Source: Glycera tridactyla
Lineage: Eukaryota
Assembly: GCA_965644265.1 (NCBI GenBank)
Contig: OZ286476.1
Span: forward strand, 20,398,001-20,462,000
Length of the DNA: 64,000 nt
Direction: 5' to 3'
A program made the translations under genes and the position numbers. Below the pieces are notes generated by a model, which saw nothing but the letters and a program-made list of their open reading frames with translations, searched no databases and was not told where the DNA came from. The number at the start of each line of letters is the position of its first letter. The stretch's first letter is position 1. Below are positions 15,001 to 29,700 of the stretch, piece after piece.

Positions 15001-16325
15001 AGGCAGGTGGCTTTTGCACTCTAAATGTCTTTGGGGCACTTGAACCTGCATGCAGTGTAATCTGTGACAGGCACTGCAAAAGTATATTTGATCACACAGA
15101 ATAGAAAATCAACATTGAACAAGAAAAATAGATCGATAGCTTTTTGAGATGAGAAGTGAAGGTTTTTCGGTGGTGTGCAATGGATAAGTGGATAAGCATG
15201 AAATGATGGCTCTTCACATGACCGCACGATCAACAAGTGGTGCACGTAGCACGTGCACCCGTCAATTGATCAGGGTCGGAAAATTTTGATCAGAATCTCA
15301 AAAATGTCCTTTCAATTAGTGACATCCATAATGATATTAGCATTCATTATAATAATTATCATGATAATGATAATACATGTAATTATTATCCTAACTATTA
15401 ATATTATTATCATTAATATCACTATTATCCCCATTATTAGTGTTATTATCATCACTATTGTTCGAACCTCTGGGCTGTTATCAATTGAGGCGAGAACTGT
15501 GTGAAGAAGCAAGGTGGGAAAGGAATGAGTGAGGGGGGGGGGGGGGTAGAGAGGCTTGTGAAGAAAGAGGGTTGTTTTGTCTGCCCGCATTCCCTGACTG
15601 GCCATTCCACCCCTTCCCCCTCCCCTATGAGCTGGCCCCAGACTGACTCATAACTGACAACAGGGGTAGATGGGCTCATTGTTTTCTTTGCTGCTGATGG
15701 TTCAGTAACATTGTTGGTAGGAGTAGGTACATGCATACCTACTAATGCGCATNNNNNNNNNNNNNNNNNNNNNNNNNNNNNNNNNNNNNNNNNNNNNNNN
15801 NNNNNNNNNNNNNNNNNNNNNNNNNNNNNNNNNNNNNNNNNNNNNNNNNNNNNNNNNNNNNNNNNNNNNNNNNNNNNNNNNNNNNNNNNNNNNNNNNNNN
15901 NNNNNNNNACATGCAGATAGTGTTGAATATCAGGGGAGATTGTGGAAAATTTGTCTCACATTTGAGTGTGATGTCTCACATTTTGAGAAGTAGCGAGACA
16001 AATGTCTCGCTTCAGNNNNNNNNNNNNNNNNNNNNNNNNNNNNNNNNNNNNNNNNNNNNNNNNNNNNNNNNNNNNNNNNNNNNNNNNNNNNNNNNNNNNN
16101 NNNNNNNNNNNNNNNNNNNNNNNNNNNNNNNNNNNNNNNNNNNNNNNNNNNNNNNNNNNNNNNNNNNNNNNNNNNNNNACATGCAAACACATGCATGTAC
16201 TTACAGACATACCCGTCCCCCCTATTCACTCAGCATGAATCCTAATAAATGCCCAGGGCGATTATTACGTCATTTATGGTAGATCCTTGTGTAGACATAC
16301 ATATACTCACACATTCACATAAATA

Positions 16326-16391
<66 letters not shown>

Positions 16392-19300
16392 CATGGTGCC
16401 ACAGAGGCAACCACCCACTATTTCTTTCGCACAGGCCTGCTGAATTTATTGTTGATAATTTCAGAAATTCTACTGAGAGATACTTCATTCAGAAATTTTC
16501 CTGGGTATAATACACTAAATCTGAAGCTAGAGAGATTCCTAGCATAGTGATTTGGTTTCTTTGTTGTGTTAAGCCATGTGCTTTCATATCATGTGGTATT
16601 CTGGCATGTGCCCCACATCTTGTAGGTCATGGGGTCAAACCAGAGTTCATGGCTGAGGTCACAGTGCACGTGGCATACTGGTTAAGATCCACAGAACCTG
16701 CTGAGTGGAGGCTGCTTGGGGTATATTTAGCATCATCATCTTGTGGCTTCCAGGATGACTGATTCTCTCCTATAGTAATTACTTTACACCCCTGCCAACT
16801 TGGTATTTGCAATGAACTGATATGCCAAACTATAGTCTATTCATTTGGAGAATACATCTATTGGATTCTGGTGGAAGGTGAGGTCTTCTGCAAGTGAAAT
16901 CAATTATTATTTATACTGAGGTCCCCTTCCGCACCACCACCACCACCACCACCACCACCACCACCTCCATGAACAACAACAACAACAACAACAACAGCAA
17001 CTCATTCATAGCTGTCATCACTACCATCTTCGACAACTCCACCACCACCACCACCAAAAACAACAACAATGCCACTGATATAAGGCCATTATCACTGCCA
17101 CCTCCCCCCCCCCCCCCCCTCTCCCCAACACCAACAACAACTCCCATCACCATTATCATTGCTGGCACCTTCACCGCCACTGACATCATCACCACACCAA
17201 AACTGACCATCACTGACACCAAAACCTCCAGTACCACCATTGCTGCCACTACCAGCACCACCAACACCATTGCTGCAACTACCACCAACACCACTACCAC
17301 TATCGCCACTATCATTGCTGCAACCACAACTACAACCACCACCACCAACAACAATATCACTGCTGCCACCACCACATTCACCAGTATCACCATCAATGGA
17401 GGCTAAGTTTCTATCACAAAGAAACACTGGAACCAGCTAAAAACCCCAGGTAGATGATTGATCTCAGACAAATGGGGTTGATATAGTTGGCAATGACCCA
17501 GAGTGAAGGGTTCCGGGTTTGAGCCTGGACCAGAGTTTGTGAGGCAGCTGACATTTCAAACATCACAATATTTCTCTATAGCTGAGGCAGAGAAGGATGT
17601 CTGCATTTTTACTAGGGAGATAACCGATTGGCTTGTGAGAAAAATAGATCATTTGCGAAGTCTCCGCTCGGAGTCTGACATATCAGTTTTAGCTCTTATC
17701 TGAAGGCCTCTTCATCCTAGGCTGGCAACCTATTACTCCTGAATAAAAGTGCACCAACAAATGGAGTGCCTGCTTCTCGTTGCCATGGTTTCCACTAAAA
17801 TCCATAACAACTGGGAAAACTTGCACAAGCTTCAAAAGCTCCTACTCCATGATGAACCGCCACTTCAAATTTTACTCCATAGTTTTAGAGTCTTGCTGTT
17901 TTGTTGCTTTATGTTTTTTGTGGTTCGTCTCAAAATCAACAGCTCAATCAACAATGTCTGAGAGTGTAGAAATCATTAGAAAGGATCCTTCGTGTAGGAT
18001 TTGGGGTGATTGATTGATGAATTGATTTGAGTCTATGATCCCATCAGCGCATGATCACATTGAAAAATCATGATGCCCATCTCCTGCCAGCATTCATTTC
18101 ATTCACTGGACTCTTGTTTGAAAGGATTCAGAAAAGAGAGACAGCATTTTACTCATATGCATTTGCCTAAATGTTGTCCAAAAATACAGATTGAATTAAG
18201 AGACATAGAATTGGGGCTGGCGGTGTTGTTCTGGTGATGGTGGTGGACGCCCTTGGATTCAGGACTGGTTTTTGGAAATTTAATATTTATAGCCCAGCCT
18301 ATTCCAGGGCTCATAATGAAATGTGTGAACACATTAATAACATCTGCTCAGGGTGTTCCTGTCATCCTTGCTCACAGCTCATTTCTTCCTGATGATGTAC
18401 GTCGTCGAGGAGCACCAAATTATCAGCAGCTGCTCATCATCTCGCATCTTGTTGCCAAGAGATAAAATTTGAGACGGAGATAGATTGTGTAGAAGTTGCC
18501 CAGGGCTAGTGAGTTTTGAGCTGGGCCCCTTACCACCTAACAGGTTGAAGACCTAGCCTCAATCATTCAGTCTGTAGCTGCAATCTGGGTCTGCTGTGCT
18601 GGAGGCAGGCCAATGGCCCACCTTGCAAGCAGAATTCTGACTCAAACATCTGGTTTGAATTGAAAATAAAGATGGATGATTGTGATGAAGTGGTATTACC
18701 CTCCAAAAGATGACTTGAAAGGTTATAAGTCCAAGGCTGCCATTTTCTACATTTGTTCTGTATTTAGAACAGTAGAACACCATCATTTGCATCAAACAGT
18801 GGTCTCCATAGAAAAGAGAATTTGTATACACAAGAGAATACAGTGAAACCTGCGAAGAGACCACCGTAAATGACACCAAAAAGCAGTCTGTCAAAAGAGG
18901 TGGTCTCATTGGAGGTATGTTTGACTATGTCAAATAGAAAAGCTGCCCTGGAAAAGTGGTCTCCCATCAGAGGTGGTCTCTCGTCAGGCGTCTGTCATCA
19001 CAGGTTTCACTGTACTATCACTCAGGATAACCATTATGTACGCAGGTGGTTTTTGTATAGAGGCAATCTCTCGAGCAGGTCTGAGCACCTTGCATGATAC
19101 ATGGCAAAAAAGTCATGAGTGTGGAAGAAAACTTAATTCATCAATAGTAAAATAGATACAGTGAAACCTGTCTTGGGAGACCCCTATTTTGGGAGACCAC
19201 CCTCTAATGGGAGACCGCTCATTATCAGCTCTCCTCTATTTGACATAGTCAATTATACCTCCAATGAGAGACCACCTGTCTTGAGAGACCACTTTTCATT

Positions 19301-22300
19301 GGCGTTTGGGGCGGTCTCCCAAGACAGGTTTCACTGTACTATATCCTCAGTTTCATACACCAATATGAGATTTTGCCCGAATGTTCTGCAGACTCTTCCA
19401 TGACAATGAGTGGTAACCTGAGCACATTTAGCCCCAACATCAGGGTCACATAATCCTATGCTCAGCACCAGGCTTACTCAGATACTCAGCGGAATCTTCT
19501 GAGCTTGCCTAGAGAACAATGAAAGTACAAGAGATCTCGGTCATATGCTGTATTTTCACAAATGGATATGACATTCAAGTACAGTTTTCATATAACTTCA
19601 CCTCAGGTTGAATAATACATAGGTATTGGATGACCCCTTCCTCATCATATCACATAGGTGTCTCAATATAGCCCCTGAGGTGGCAATGACATAATATGAA
19701 GACCTGAAAGATGATGAGTGGATGGTGGGTTCAGGGGGGAGGCAGTCTCCGTTGCTTTAGGTTCATGTTTTTTCCGAGATTTTGGAAGTGGTGCCAATGA
19801 AATGGACACAAATCACTCAAACAACATGGTGAGCCAGAGATCTAAAAGATGATGGGATGGGTTAGGTGTTTATAGCTTTCTGTCTCCACTTGTTTCCCCA
19901 CTCAAACAGACCCAGGGCTAATAGGTTGGCTTCCAGAATCCTTCACCCATCTGGATCCTTCCCCCATTGCTGCCAGTTAACACCCGGGCTTCTTGGGGTG
20001 TATCACCCTCCCCTCTACACCACCCCATTCCACCCCCTGCATCCCCCACCCAGCCAACAGGAACCCCTCACACCCCACCCCAATAGCAACCACCATACCT
20101 TCCTGCCTTCAAGGCCACTCTATATTTAGCTATTTCCAGATTATTTTTAATTAGTTGGCAGTGAACATATTGTTACGTTAAAAAATGCTAATTATGGAGT
20201 TTGTTCAGTTATTTAGACAGATGGCATTTGTTTTGAGGTAGGCAAATATTGCTGAGGTCAGCCCTTTAGTTGATTATTGTTGCCAGGTAGTTTTTATATA
20301 GAGGTGGTCTCTCTAACCAAATAGGACTCTGTGACTATGAGGACAGCATCAGCTATGGAAAACAAGTATTAAATTCAATGAAACAATATTTCATGATAGA
20401 TCATTGTTCGTTAAGATTATGTACCATAGTATTAGTTTCCATGGTTACCACTGACTCATGATATGAGATGGAGAAATGATGAGTAACTATGCAACAGAAC
20501 ATCACGTCATCTCGCATCCCACATTGTAAAACTGGCTTGATGTTGACAGCTCATAACTGAACAAATTGGATGGATATTCCCTCAGCCAAGTACATTTGTT
20601 GTTTCCTTTGGTGTGCTGTGTTGGAATAGATCCCCTCAGGAGTCCATACAATTCCTGAGCCAATCACAGTTTAATCTGCTTAAGAGACCACCTCTATATA
20701 AAGGCCACCTGCCTACAAAGGCCTCCCTGAGCCATTGTCTTGATAGTTGACTAAAGCATGTAATGAAAGATCATCCTAAATGTCATCAAAAGTGGTCTCT
20801 TAAAGGAGGTGATCTCTTGTTGGAGGTCTATTTGACTAGGATAAATAGAAAACTTCCTTGAAAAAGTGGTCTCCCATCAGATGTGGTCTCTTTTCAGAGG
20901 ATCTCTCATCACAGGTTGCACTGTAATTTTAATGGTGAATGACCTCTCTACAAAGGCCACCTGTCTATAAGACCACTCATGGTGTGACTGAGGATGGTCT
21001 TTATGGACAGGATTGACTCGATATACAGTGGAATTTAGGTACTTGGGATTTGGAAAATCCCTGTGAAGATAATATCTGTTCAGATTGCCTGCATGTGGCC
21101 TGAATGACAATCAAAAGAGATCTTACAAGACAGATGGTCAATCACTGGAGGTACAATCGAACCTGTCTATAAAGACTGCCTTGTGTTGCATCAAAAAGCG
21201 GTCTTTATAGGCAGGTGGTCTTTTTAGAGAGGTCATTTACTGTTGAAAATACTATCACGGTCGCAGCTCAGGGAGGTCTTTATAGATAGGTGGTCTTTAT
21301 AGAGAGTTGGTCTTTAGAGCAGGTTTGACTGTATATTCAGCAGAGAAATAAACAAAGGCTTCAAACAGTGATCTGTTTGAAATGCAGGCTTTTTCAGTTG
21401 CAGCCAACAGTTGCTAAGATTTTGTTATGGAGAACGGGTCCCCATTCTTTTTTGTCACACATAAGATAAGGAGTACTTGGTAGGGTAGTGGCTAACATTT
21501 TCTCTGTTAGCCGAACCGAACAGCTTGCTGGTGGTCTCCAATTGCAGGTATGATTTTTGTCATCCATACCTATTCATCATGTGATATCTGACATATCCTA
21601 GGGTGTGGACAATCATACACAACATGAAGCTAGAGGTATAAGCTACTGAAAGTGACAAGCTGGCGTGTAGGGGAAGTGATTTAGTGGTCAGGGATATGGA
21701 TAAATATAAATGGTGTCTACATTAAGGGGCTGGGATAATGAGATCTATATCTGGCTCCCAGGTGCCTCTGTGTATGTTGGGAGGGTGGGTGGGGGGGGGG
21801 GGGAAGTGGTGGTGTGTGGTGGTGTCTGGGGGTTGTTGGTATGGCTGAGAAGGCAGAATGGCTGGCAAAAGTGGCTGGATGTTTATGTTTGTCTCATACA
21901 AGTCATTAGTAATGTCCTGTACCACCTTCTACCTCCCAGAATTGAACAGAAAGTAACAGAAAATAGCCCCCAAACACTATCCCTTTAAGTATAATACTGT
22001 GATACACATTATAGGGGTATCAGTGGGTCCCTGAACAGAGACAAAAACAAATGGAAAGAATATTGTTCTCACTTTACTTTTGTGGGTATGTTATGTTTGT
22101 TAAAGGCACTTAGAAATCTCTGGGATATTGCAAATGGGCACAAGATATTATCTCTAAATATCTCTGATCGCCTCACAAACTTGGCAAGAGCATCCCAGAG
22201 GACAAATGTGGAAGAGAAAAAAGTGTGCATCCAGCATAACATCCAACATTATTCTTGTGTAATCAGGGAATGGGATAATATGGGGAGGTGGGGGGGGGGG

Positions 22301-23639
22301 GGGGGGCTGATGTTAGTCATGAGTGAATAGATTTATGAATGTTTGCACTGACTGTCTGGCAGTGTGTCTGTTTACAGACCATGCATCTGCAGGCAGTTTG
22401 CTGGCCAAATGTTTATGCCATGCTTGCTGCACATGGGTTTCCTCTTCTCTGTCCTTTCAGACACTGTTGTATTTGCCATTACCCTTAGTCAACCCCTTGT
22501 ACACTTTGTCCTCGCTCTCTCACACTCTCTCTCTCACACTCTCTCTCTCCCTCCCTCCTTCCCTCTCTCTCTCCCTCTTACCCTCTCTTTCTCTTTCCCT
22601 CTTACCCTATCTCTATCTCACGACCCCCCCACACACACATGCAACTACAAATGAACACACATAAGAAAACACACATACACACAGCCACACACACAAACAC
22701 AGCCACATACAAAAACACACATACACCNNNNNNNNNNNNNNNNNNNNNNNNNNNNNNNNNNNNNNNNNNNNNNNNNNNNNNNNNNNNNNNNNNNNNNNNN
22801 NNNNNNNNNNNNNNNNNNNNNNNNNNNNNNNNNNNNNNNNNNNNNNNNNNNNNNNNNNNNNNNNNNNNNNNNNNGTCAAGTAGACTGGCCAAGTTTCTCT
22901 GAACATTTATCCAATATAGTTCCATGCTGATCACAAGTCACCATGTCGACTCTGATCAAACACTGGCATGTTATTTATGAAAGTCTGATCAGATTCCAAC
23001 TTCCCAAGGCAAAGTTGTAGGTCTACTGCTTCACCAGGTCAACCTGTATACCGAGATCTAGGGTACTATCTATGAGAGGCAATGTAGGAAGGAAGGTCTT
23101 AGTTTTTCATGGTGTAATCTTGGTCTATGTTTGCCATGTGCTCGGGGAGGCAGTCTGGCATGCCTCAGGTTGATTCATTTGAGTGAAATTCTCAGCCAGA
23201 AAAAATGACCTGACAGTTTTATGTCTCACAGACAGGTGGTAGTTGCAAGTACGAGGCCACGGATTATCTCACTTCAGGCAAATNNNNNNNNNNNNNNNNN
23301 NNNNNNNNNNNNNNNNNNNNNNNNNNNNNNNNNNNNNNNNNNNNNNNNNNNNNNNNNNNNNNNNNNNNNNNNNNNNNNNNNNNNNNNNNNNNNNNNNNNN
23401 NNNNNNNNNNNNNNNNNNNNNNNNNNNNNNNNNNNNNNNNNNNNNNNNNNNNNNNNNNNNNNNNNNNNNNNNNNNNNNNNNNNNNNNNNNNNNNNNNNNN
23501 NNNNNNNNNNNNNNNNNNNNNNNNNNNNNNNNNNNNNNNNNNNNNNNNNNNCTTACAAACAAACATTCAGAAACACATACACACAAACACTCACTTGCTC
23601 ACTCACTCACACACATGCACACACTCACACACTCACTCA

Positions 23640-23700
<61 letters not shown>

Positions 23701-26700
23701 CTTTTTTCTCTTCTCTTTTTCCCCTCTTGGTCTCTTCTCTCTTGCTCTCTCCTCTCTCTCCTCTCCTCTTTCTTTCTTTCTTCTTCTAATCTATCTCCTC
23801 AATCTCTCTCATCTACACACTCTTCTTTTTCTTGTCCCCACCTCTCTCACTCTCCTCTCTCATCATCTCCTCTCCCTCTCGCTTTCACTCTCTCTGTCTT
23901 CTCTCTCTCCTCTCTCTTCCTCTTTTCATTTCTCTCTGTCCCTCTCCTCTCTCTCTTACTCTCTCTCTCCCGCCTTCCTCTCTCTCACACACACACCCAC
24001 ACACATGCGCACACACACATGCATAAACACACACACACATACTCATACACACCTGCACCACTTTTCTGACAGTATTTTCAAATACATGCCAGTGTGTGGC
24101 TCTGTGGAACTGCCAAACCTACAAAAAGAGCTTGTCAAACACACATTGGAACCATTATGTTATGACATCTCTGGGTTTCTAGAGAATGCCATATTTCTGT
24201 ACCTGAGAAGGTTGCTTCATCTCACATTTTAGGCACCAGCATAAACTATAAACAAGTTATTTTGTTAGCATATACCAACCTGTCTCTGAGCAGCATCAGA
24301 GAACAAATCATCCTTCTGTCCGTACTTCTGTGTGTTTCTTCCTTAATGTACATGCAATCTCTACTGAGAATATTCTTTGAAGTTTGCGTTCTATCACACG
24401 CCATTATTTATAATCTCCTCTGAAAGGCAGCTAAACTAAATTGACTCTTTCCCTAAATTGAATTGTCTCTTTCTCTCGCCCACTTTTGTTCTTTTTTTTG
24501 ACTGTCTGTGTGTCTGTCTGTCTATTCCTCCCTTTTTTCTTCCCCATTTTTTCATTCAAACTCTCTCAATATCAATTTCTTGAATTGTTGATATGTTCAT
24601 TTGAGATGAAAGAAGCACAGTAGTCATTGCTTCAAATCCAAATAGAATATGTGAGCTACTTTCGCAAATTCAGTACTTTTGATGTTCAAAATGATTCCCT
24701 TGAGCTCCTCATGAATTGCGGGTAGGAAACAAGATGGCCTCCACAATAAAAAGCGTTGCCTCCTCTGCAGATATTATTTGTGATCTAGTTGGCTGTACAG
24801 GAGGCAACATAAAACCTGGATAACTCTAGCATCAAGCCTGTAAACAAGAGTCACTAGTGTTCTCTCACACATACCTGCACTCTTCATATGTTTCTGCTCT
24901 ATCCGGGCCGACTCCTGAAGCATTCCACAAGTCGCTCTGTGTTAGGAGCACAGTATACTGTGTTTTTGTTTCTGCCTTAGTGACTCTTTTTCTTATTGAT
25001 GCCTCAGCTCTGCTTCTTGTAGGCTATAGTCTGTTCATTCCTAATAGACCTCACTGGATTCTGATGGTGCCAAAAAGGTTTTCCAAAATTGAACAATATG
25101 CCAGTGTATCTTTCCATCCATTGGTAGGAAATAGGTTGATTCATGTTGAAATTATATTCACTTACTTCGGAACATTTTATTGAGTTACAGCCAGTACTGT
25201 AATCCATCATGTGACCAAGTTTCCCTCCAATTGACAATGTATTTATGCACATTAATGCATAAAAGGAAGCAGGAGAAGAAGAGATCAATTTCCAACCCCT
25301 ATGAAATTGGCTTGAATTAATGGTCTTTGATGGTCTTTCATTTACTATGAATTTTATGTCCTTCATGATGAACGTATGGTCAGTAGGCATCATGTATCCA
25401 TTTCTGCAAAGTCACAATGCTTCAATGGAAGCAGAAAAGGAAGCCTCACGTAGAGGCAGACAAAAGTCTGCCTTTTTATTCTTTTCTAGGGTACTAAATG
25501 TGTGGTGAATTCTTTCTATGAACACAGGTTGCCTTTGTGTTTCTTTACTTCACCTGCAGCTAATGGAAAATGAGTTCCCGATTCTTCTCTGACACACATT
25601 TAAGATGAGCAATACATGTACATGGAAGGGGACTTGGCAAATGTCTTCTTTGTTCATGGGACTGAAGAAAAAGAGCCGGCTGGTCAAGAAACTCTGGCCT
25701 CTGTTCCAGATCCCTGACTGTATCACCTCCTGTACAGAAGCTCTTTTACACAAACATAAACAACATTCAGATGTAGAGGGGAAGCCCATCTTTCAGAGGT
25801 TGTATTTGGCCAAGCTATTCATGGCAGTCTGCAGTTCATACGAGGTGACTGGACAACATATACTGAGTATGTTTACGGATCAGATGATGGAAAACATGCA
25901 GGGAAGAAGGGAAAGTCTCTGTGAGATGCCTAGCATTAGTGATGATTATCTTAAAGAGAATATGATCTTAGAACAGAACCGATTGGAGGACATTTCTGAG
26001 TTTAGAAATGACAATTTCTCATTCTGTCTCAGACTATTGGGACAATTTCTAGATAAAAAGTATTTCACAATGGAAAGTATAGGTAGTTTATTGTCACTAT
26101 TGGTTGGTATATCCCAAAATGGAGCAAAATTTAAAGTGCTCATATACCAATTGATGAACACAAAAAGTCACTTATGTTCTGAAGATGATCTCAGCCATTA
26201 CGATTGTAATTGGTGAGTAAGTGGAGAAATTTTTTAGTATATAAGTTGATGTTTCCATCCTAATGGATCCTTTCGGAGATTAGATCAGACTGTTCATATT
26301 AGAGTAATAGTGATGAAAATTAGGATCCTATACATTTTGGGCAGAAAATGTAACTCTCCTGTGCAGGTATGAAGATCTGTTACAGAAACCAGATGTTACA
26401 GAGAATTGTGATGAAAGTTTGAGCAGGTCGTATTTCCATCACTTTGAAGCTGGTGATCTTTTTCATGCAACCTCTCTTGCTTAGTAAATTGAACAGTGCT
26501 TCTGAAGCAAACCTACTAAATAGCAGCGATGGAAACTTGGGTATGCTTTCTTATCTGGAGACACCGATTTCTATCCTCCTCCGGTAGAAGCTTGGACGAT
26601 ATAAACAATGTTTTTCTTGCCCTGCATTGTTTGTCTGGGTTTTTTCATGGGTCATGAAGAGGGCAGGGTAACTTCCATTATTTATTGGTTTCCCTGGTAA

Positions 26701-29700
26701 CCAGGAAATATGCACCTGTGGCCTGGTGTTGAATGGGAGAGCAGGCACGGAACCCACCTGGAGTTAACCCTACCTATGCCAGATGCCAATTCTCGAATGT
26801 AATGGTGTGTCCAGAAATATTGGTCACATTTTGGACAGCAGATCCATACCAGCAAATTGTTCCTACTATCATAACGTATTTCTGAGATTTGCTGGGATTT
26901 TGTCCATGAATGATCATTCTCCTTCAGATAGATCACAATACAGTCAAACCTGTATGCAGCAACCACCCTGCGAGAAATAAAAAGTGGTTGTTTAATATTG
27001 GTTAGATACAGTAAATAGTATCTGTCAGTCCGGTATGACTCATGTGGTGGCGAGAGGACATTAAACAACACTCACTCAATCAATCAATCGATCACTCAGG
27101 AAATCTGAAGATGGTTGCTTAAGGCAGGTGGATGCTTAATAGTGCTTGTTTAATGCAGGTTCAACTGTGATATGCGTGAGGAGGATTTTGTGAGTCTTTT
27201 TCAAATGCAGGATCATTTTGAAATATCATGATAGAACTACAAAATCACTTTCGGTTGTATCTCCCTCTGAAACCTACTTTATTTCACCAATTTCCACCAT
27301 ATATTAGCCCCCCCCCCCCCCCCCCCCTCATCCCCCCCCCCCCCTTTCCCGAGGGAGAGAGAAGTTGCAACCGTATTTGATAGTCCAGGATGGTTGAATT
27401 TTGACATCTTGAACAAATAAGCACCCCCCTTTTTCAATTAGCACGCACCCCAGGGAGCTAATTAGGGAGAATATGGTATGTCAATCTATATCCTTCACCT
27501 ACAAATCTTGATATGATGTAAACAGTTATATCAGATCACTTGGAATTCATCCAGAGTTTCTAATATCATTGGAGATCATCCAGCATTTCTGATGTCATTG
27601 TAGAGAGGTTAGGCCTTACTCAATCAATCAATCCTAATATCTCTATCTCATCTCTGGTGACCTAGTCACTGAAGGGTTCAGTTTACCCTGTAGGGGGCAA
27701 TGAGGGATGCCAGGTCCTGATGGGCAAGACATATGCCATTGGCATTGGGGTGATTTACAGAGAGGGTAAATATACTTCCTACCTAGGGATAAGCACTGAT
27801 GAGGGGTGCTTAATACTACCCCATGCTGAGTGCAGATGGGTAGATGCCCCCGAGCCAGGATCTTCATCACAATTTTTTTTAGATGCAGGGATTTTTGTTT
27901 ACCATAAAATATCTCATGTTTTCCCCCAAATGTTTTTTTTGCTCCTATAGGAAAATCTCAGCCTTTATAAGATTTTGAATAAAGCTCAGGTTTTCATGAA
28001 GGGATGAAACTATAGCTGGAAGTTATGCCATGAGTTTATTGGAAGCAGACGTAACTGATAAGAAACCGCTGCTGATGTGCAGGAATTGTCATATTGTGCC
28101 TGGCACCACCAGTGCTGGCTTTCATTTGGACAATGAATCTCTCGTTTTCCAAAATTAAATGTAGACACTTGCTTCACAGATTGTTGGCACCTTCTATACA
28201 TCACTGGTGGTCTTACAAAATACAGGTGGTCTCTCTTCAGAGTCATTCCTTGCAGGCTCCACCGTAGCAGAAAGGTTCGAGCTATCACTTGTAGATCACC
28301 TTTGATTGGAGATCAGATTTTATTCATTTGAACCAAAGTTTCAAGAGAGAGATTTAACTGTGATAAGTTTGCTCAAACTTCAGGAGATTGTGTACAACAA
28401 AGATCCTATGCATAGTTCTTCAAGCTGCTACCAGTGGTGGGCACTGGTTGGAAAGATGGGAGAGGAAGGAGAGGTGCGTGCCTGTACAATGCATTTAATG
28501 GATTTAGGTTAGCATGGGGGTGGGTGGTGGGGGGGGGGGTAGCATGTGAGCACATGGTTCACACATGAGTGGTGTGAGGTATCATGGCTGGGGGCCAAGC
28601 ACGTGGCCAGACCTCTGTCTGCTGTGGGGAGCTGGGGTAGAAGGCTACGCATGCATCTGCTCACTGCCCTGCATCAGTGTAGAGCCAACCAGCATCCCTG
28701 CAACACGTCTCCATGACAACCTTATAGACATTGATGGTGTGATTCCATATGGATTTAAACCAAGTGGGACTATTCAATCATTATTACATCGAGGTTCAAT
28801 ATAGGAGATTATCTAGTGCAAATATGCAGGTATGAGGTATATTCATTCATGCTCATCTTTTTCGCCTATGATGTAACCATGAAGGAGGAGCGGGGAGGTC
28901 CTTCGCTCCAGTAGTGTCACTGGGCTTTGCTTCCACCCACATAAAAAAACTGAAAGTAGGGTTTGAGCTGCTCACCATGATTACAACAATGTGGTTCAAG
29001 CTGCTCACAAAGATTACAACAATATGGTTCAAGCTGCTCACAAAGATTACAACAATATTTCCTGAATCAAAGCTCTTCCACACTTTGCTAATCCTCTCAT
29101 GCTTTAGCCCTCATATATGCCCATTGTAAGATATTTTTTGGTTGATTTGAGGGCCATAGGGTTGATAATATTAAGACTACTTTCATTTTGCCATCATTTC
29201 AAACCAGTTCCAGACTCGAGCTTCATGTTTTCCAGCCCCTAAATCATTTTCAAAACGTAATTTGATGACATGAGGTATATGAGCATGAAATTTATTTCCT
29301 TCAGCCAGATTGGCTAAAGGGTCATCATTGTATATAGCCAAATATAAAAAGCTGTAGCCCCTGGCTAGCAGGCTAAGTACTAGTGCCAATGCAGGTCTGA
29401 CAGAAGAGTAGATATGAGTCAAGAGTTTGGGGGGGAAATCGGAGAACACTAATGTGAGTTCCAAGCTCAATATTGCTCATTGCAGATGTAAATACATAAT
29501 GGATGAGTCAGATATTTGGATGACAGAAGCCATCACTAACATACATGCTGGCATCCATATCGTCAGTGATTCATAGATATGAGTTGATATCCATGATTAA
29601 CTCTTGTATGACCACCTTTTCTGAGCTGCCCCCCTGTGTCAAATGAAATATTAAAGTGCATGACTCCTTTGGTGCCCCTAGTGTCACAATCTGATACCCA

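Noticed and set aside
16627-16812. Possible terminal exon of a nested minus-strand gene ([25 protein letters not shown]...)
   Set aside because: No polypyrimidine acceptor and no linkable upstream exons were found.
16894-17440. 170-aa Thr-rich + strand ORF (mucin-like or elastic-insert-like alternative exon) and the overlapping Val-rich minus ORFs
   Set aside because: These come from ACC/AAC microsatellite sequence that is open in several frames. I found no convincing acceptor/donor pair, and the composition is not PEVK-like.
24880-25200. Minus-strand coiled-coil-like remnant ([19 protein letters not shown]...) ending at a gtatgt donor
   Set aside because: Multiple stops in every frame and no recognisable family; too weak to call, though worth including in a BLASTx of the region.
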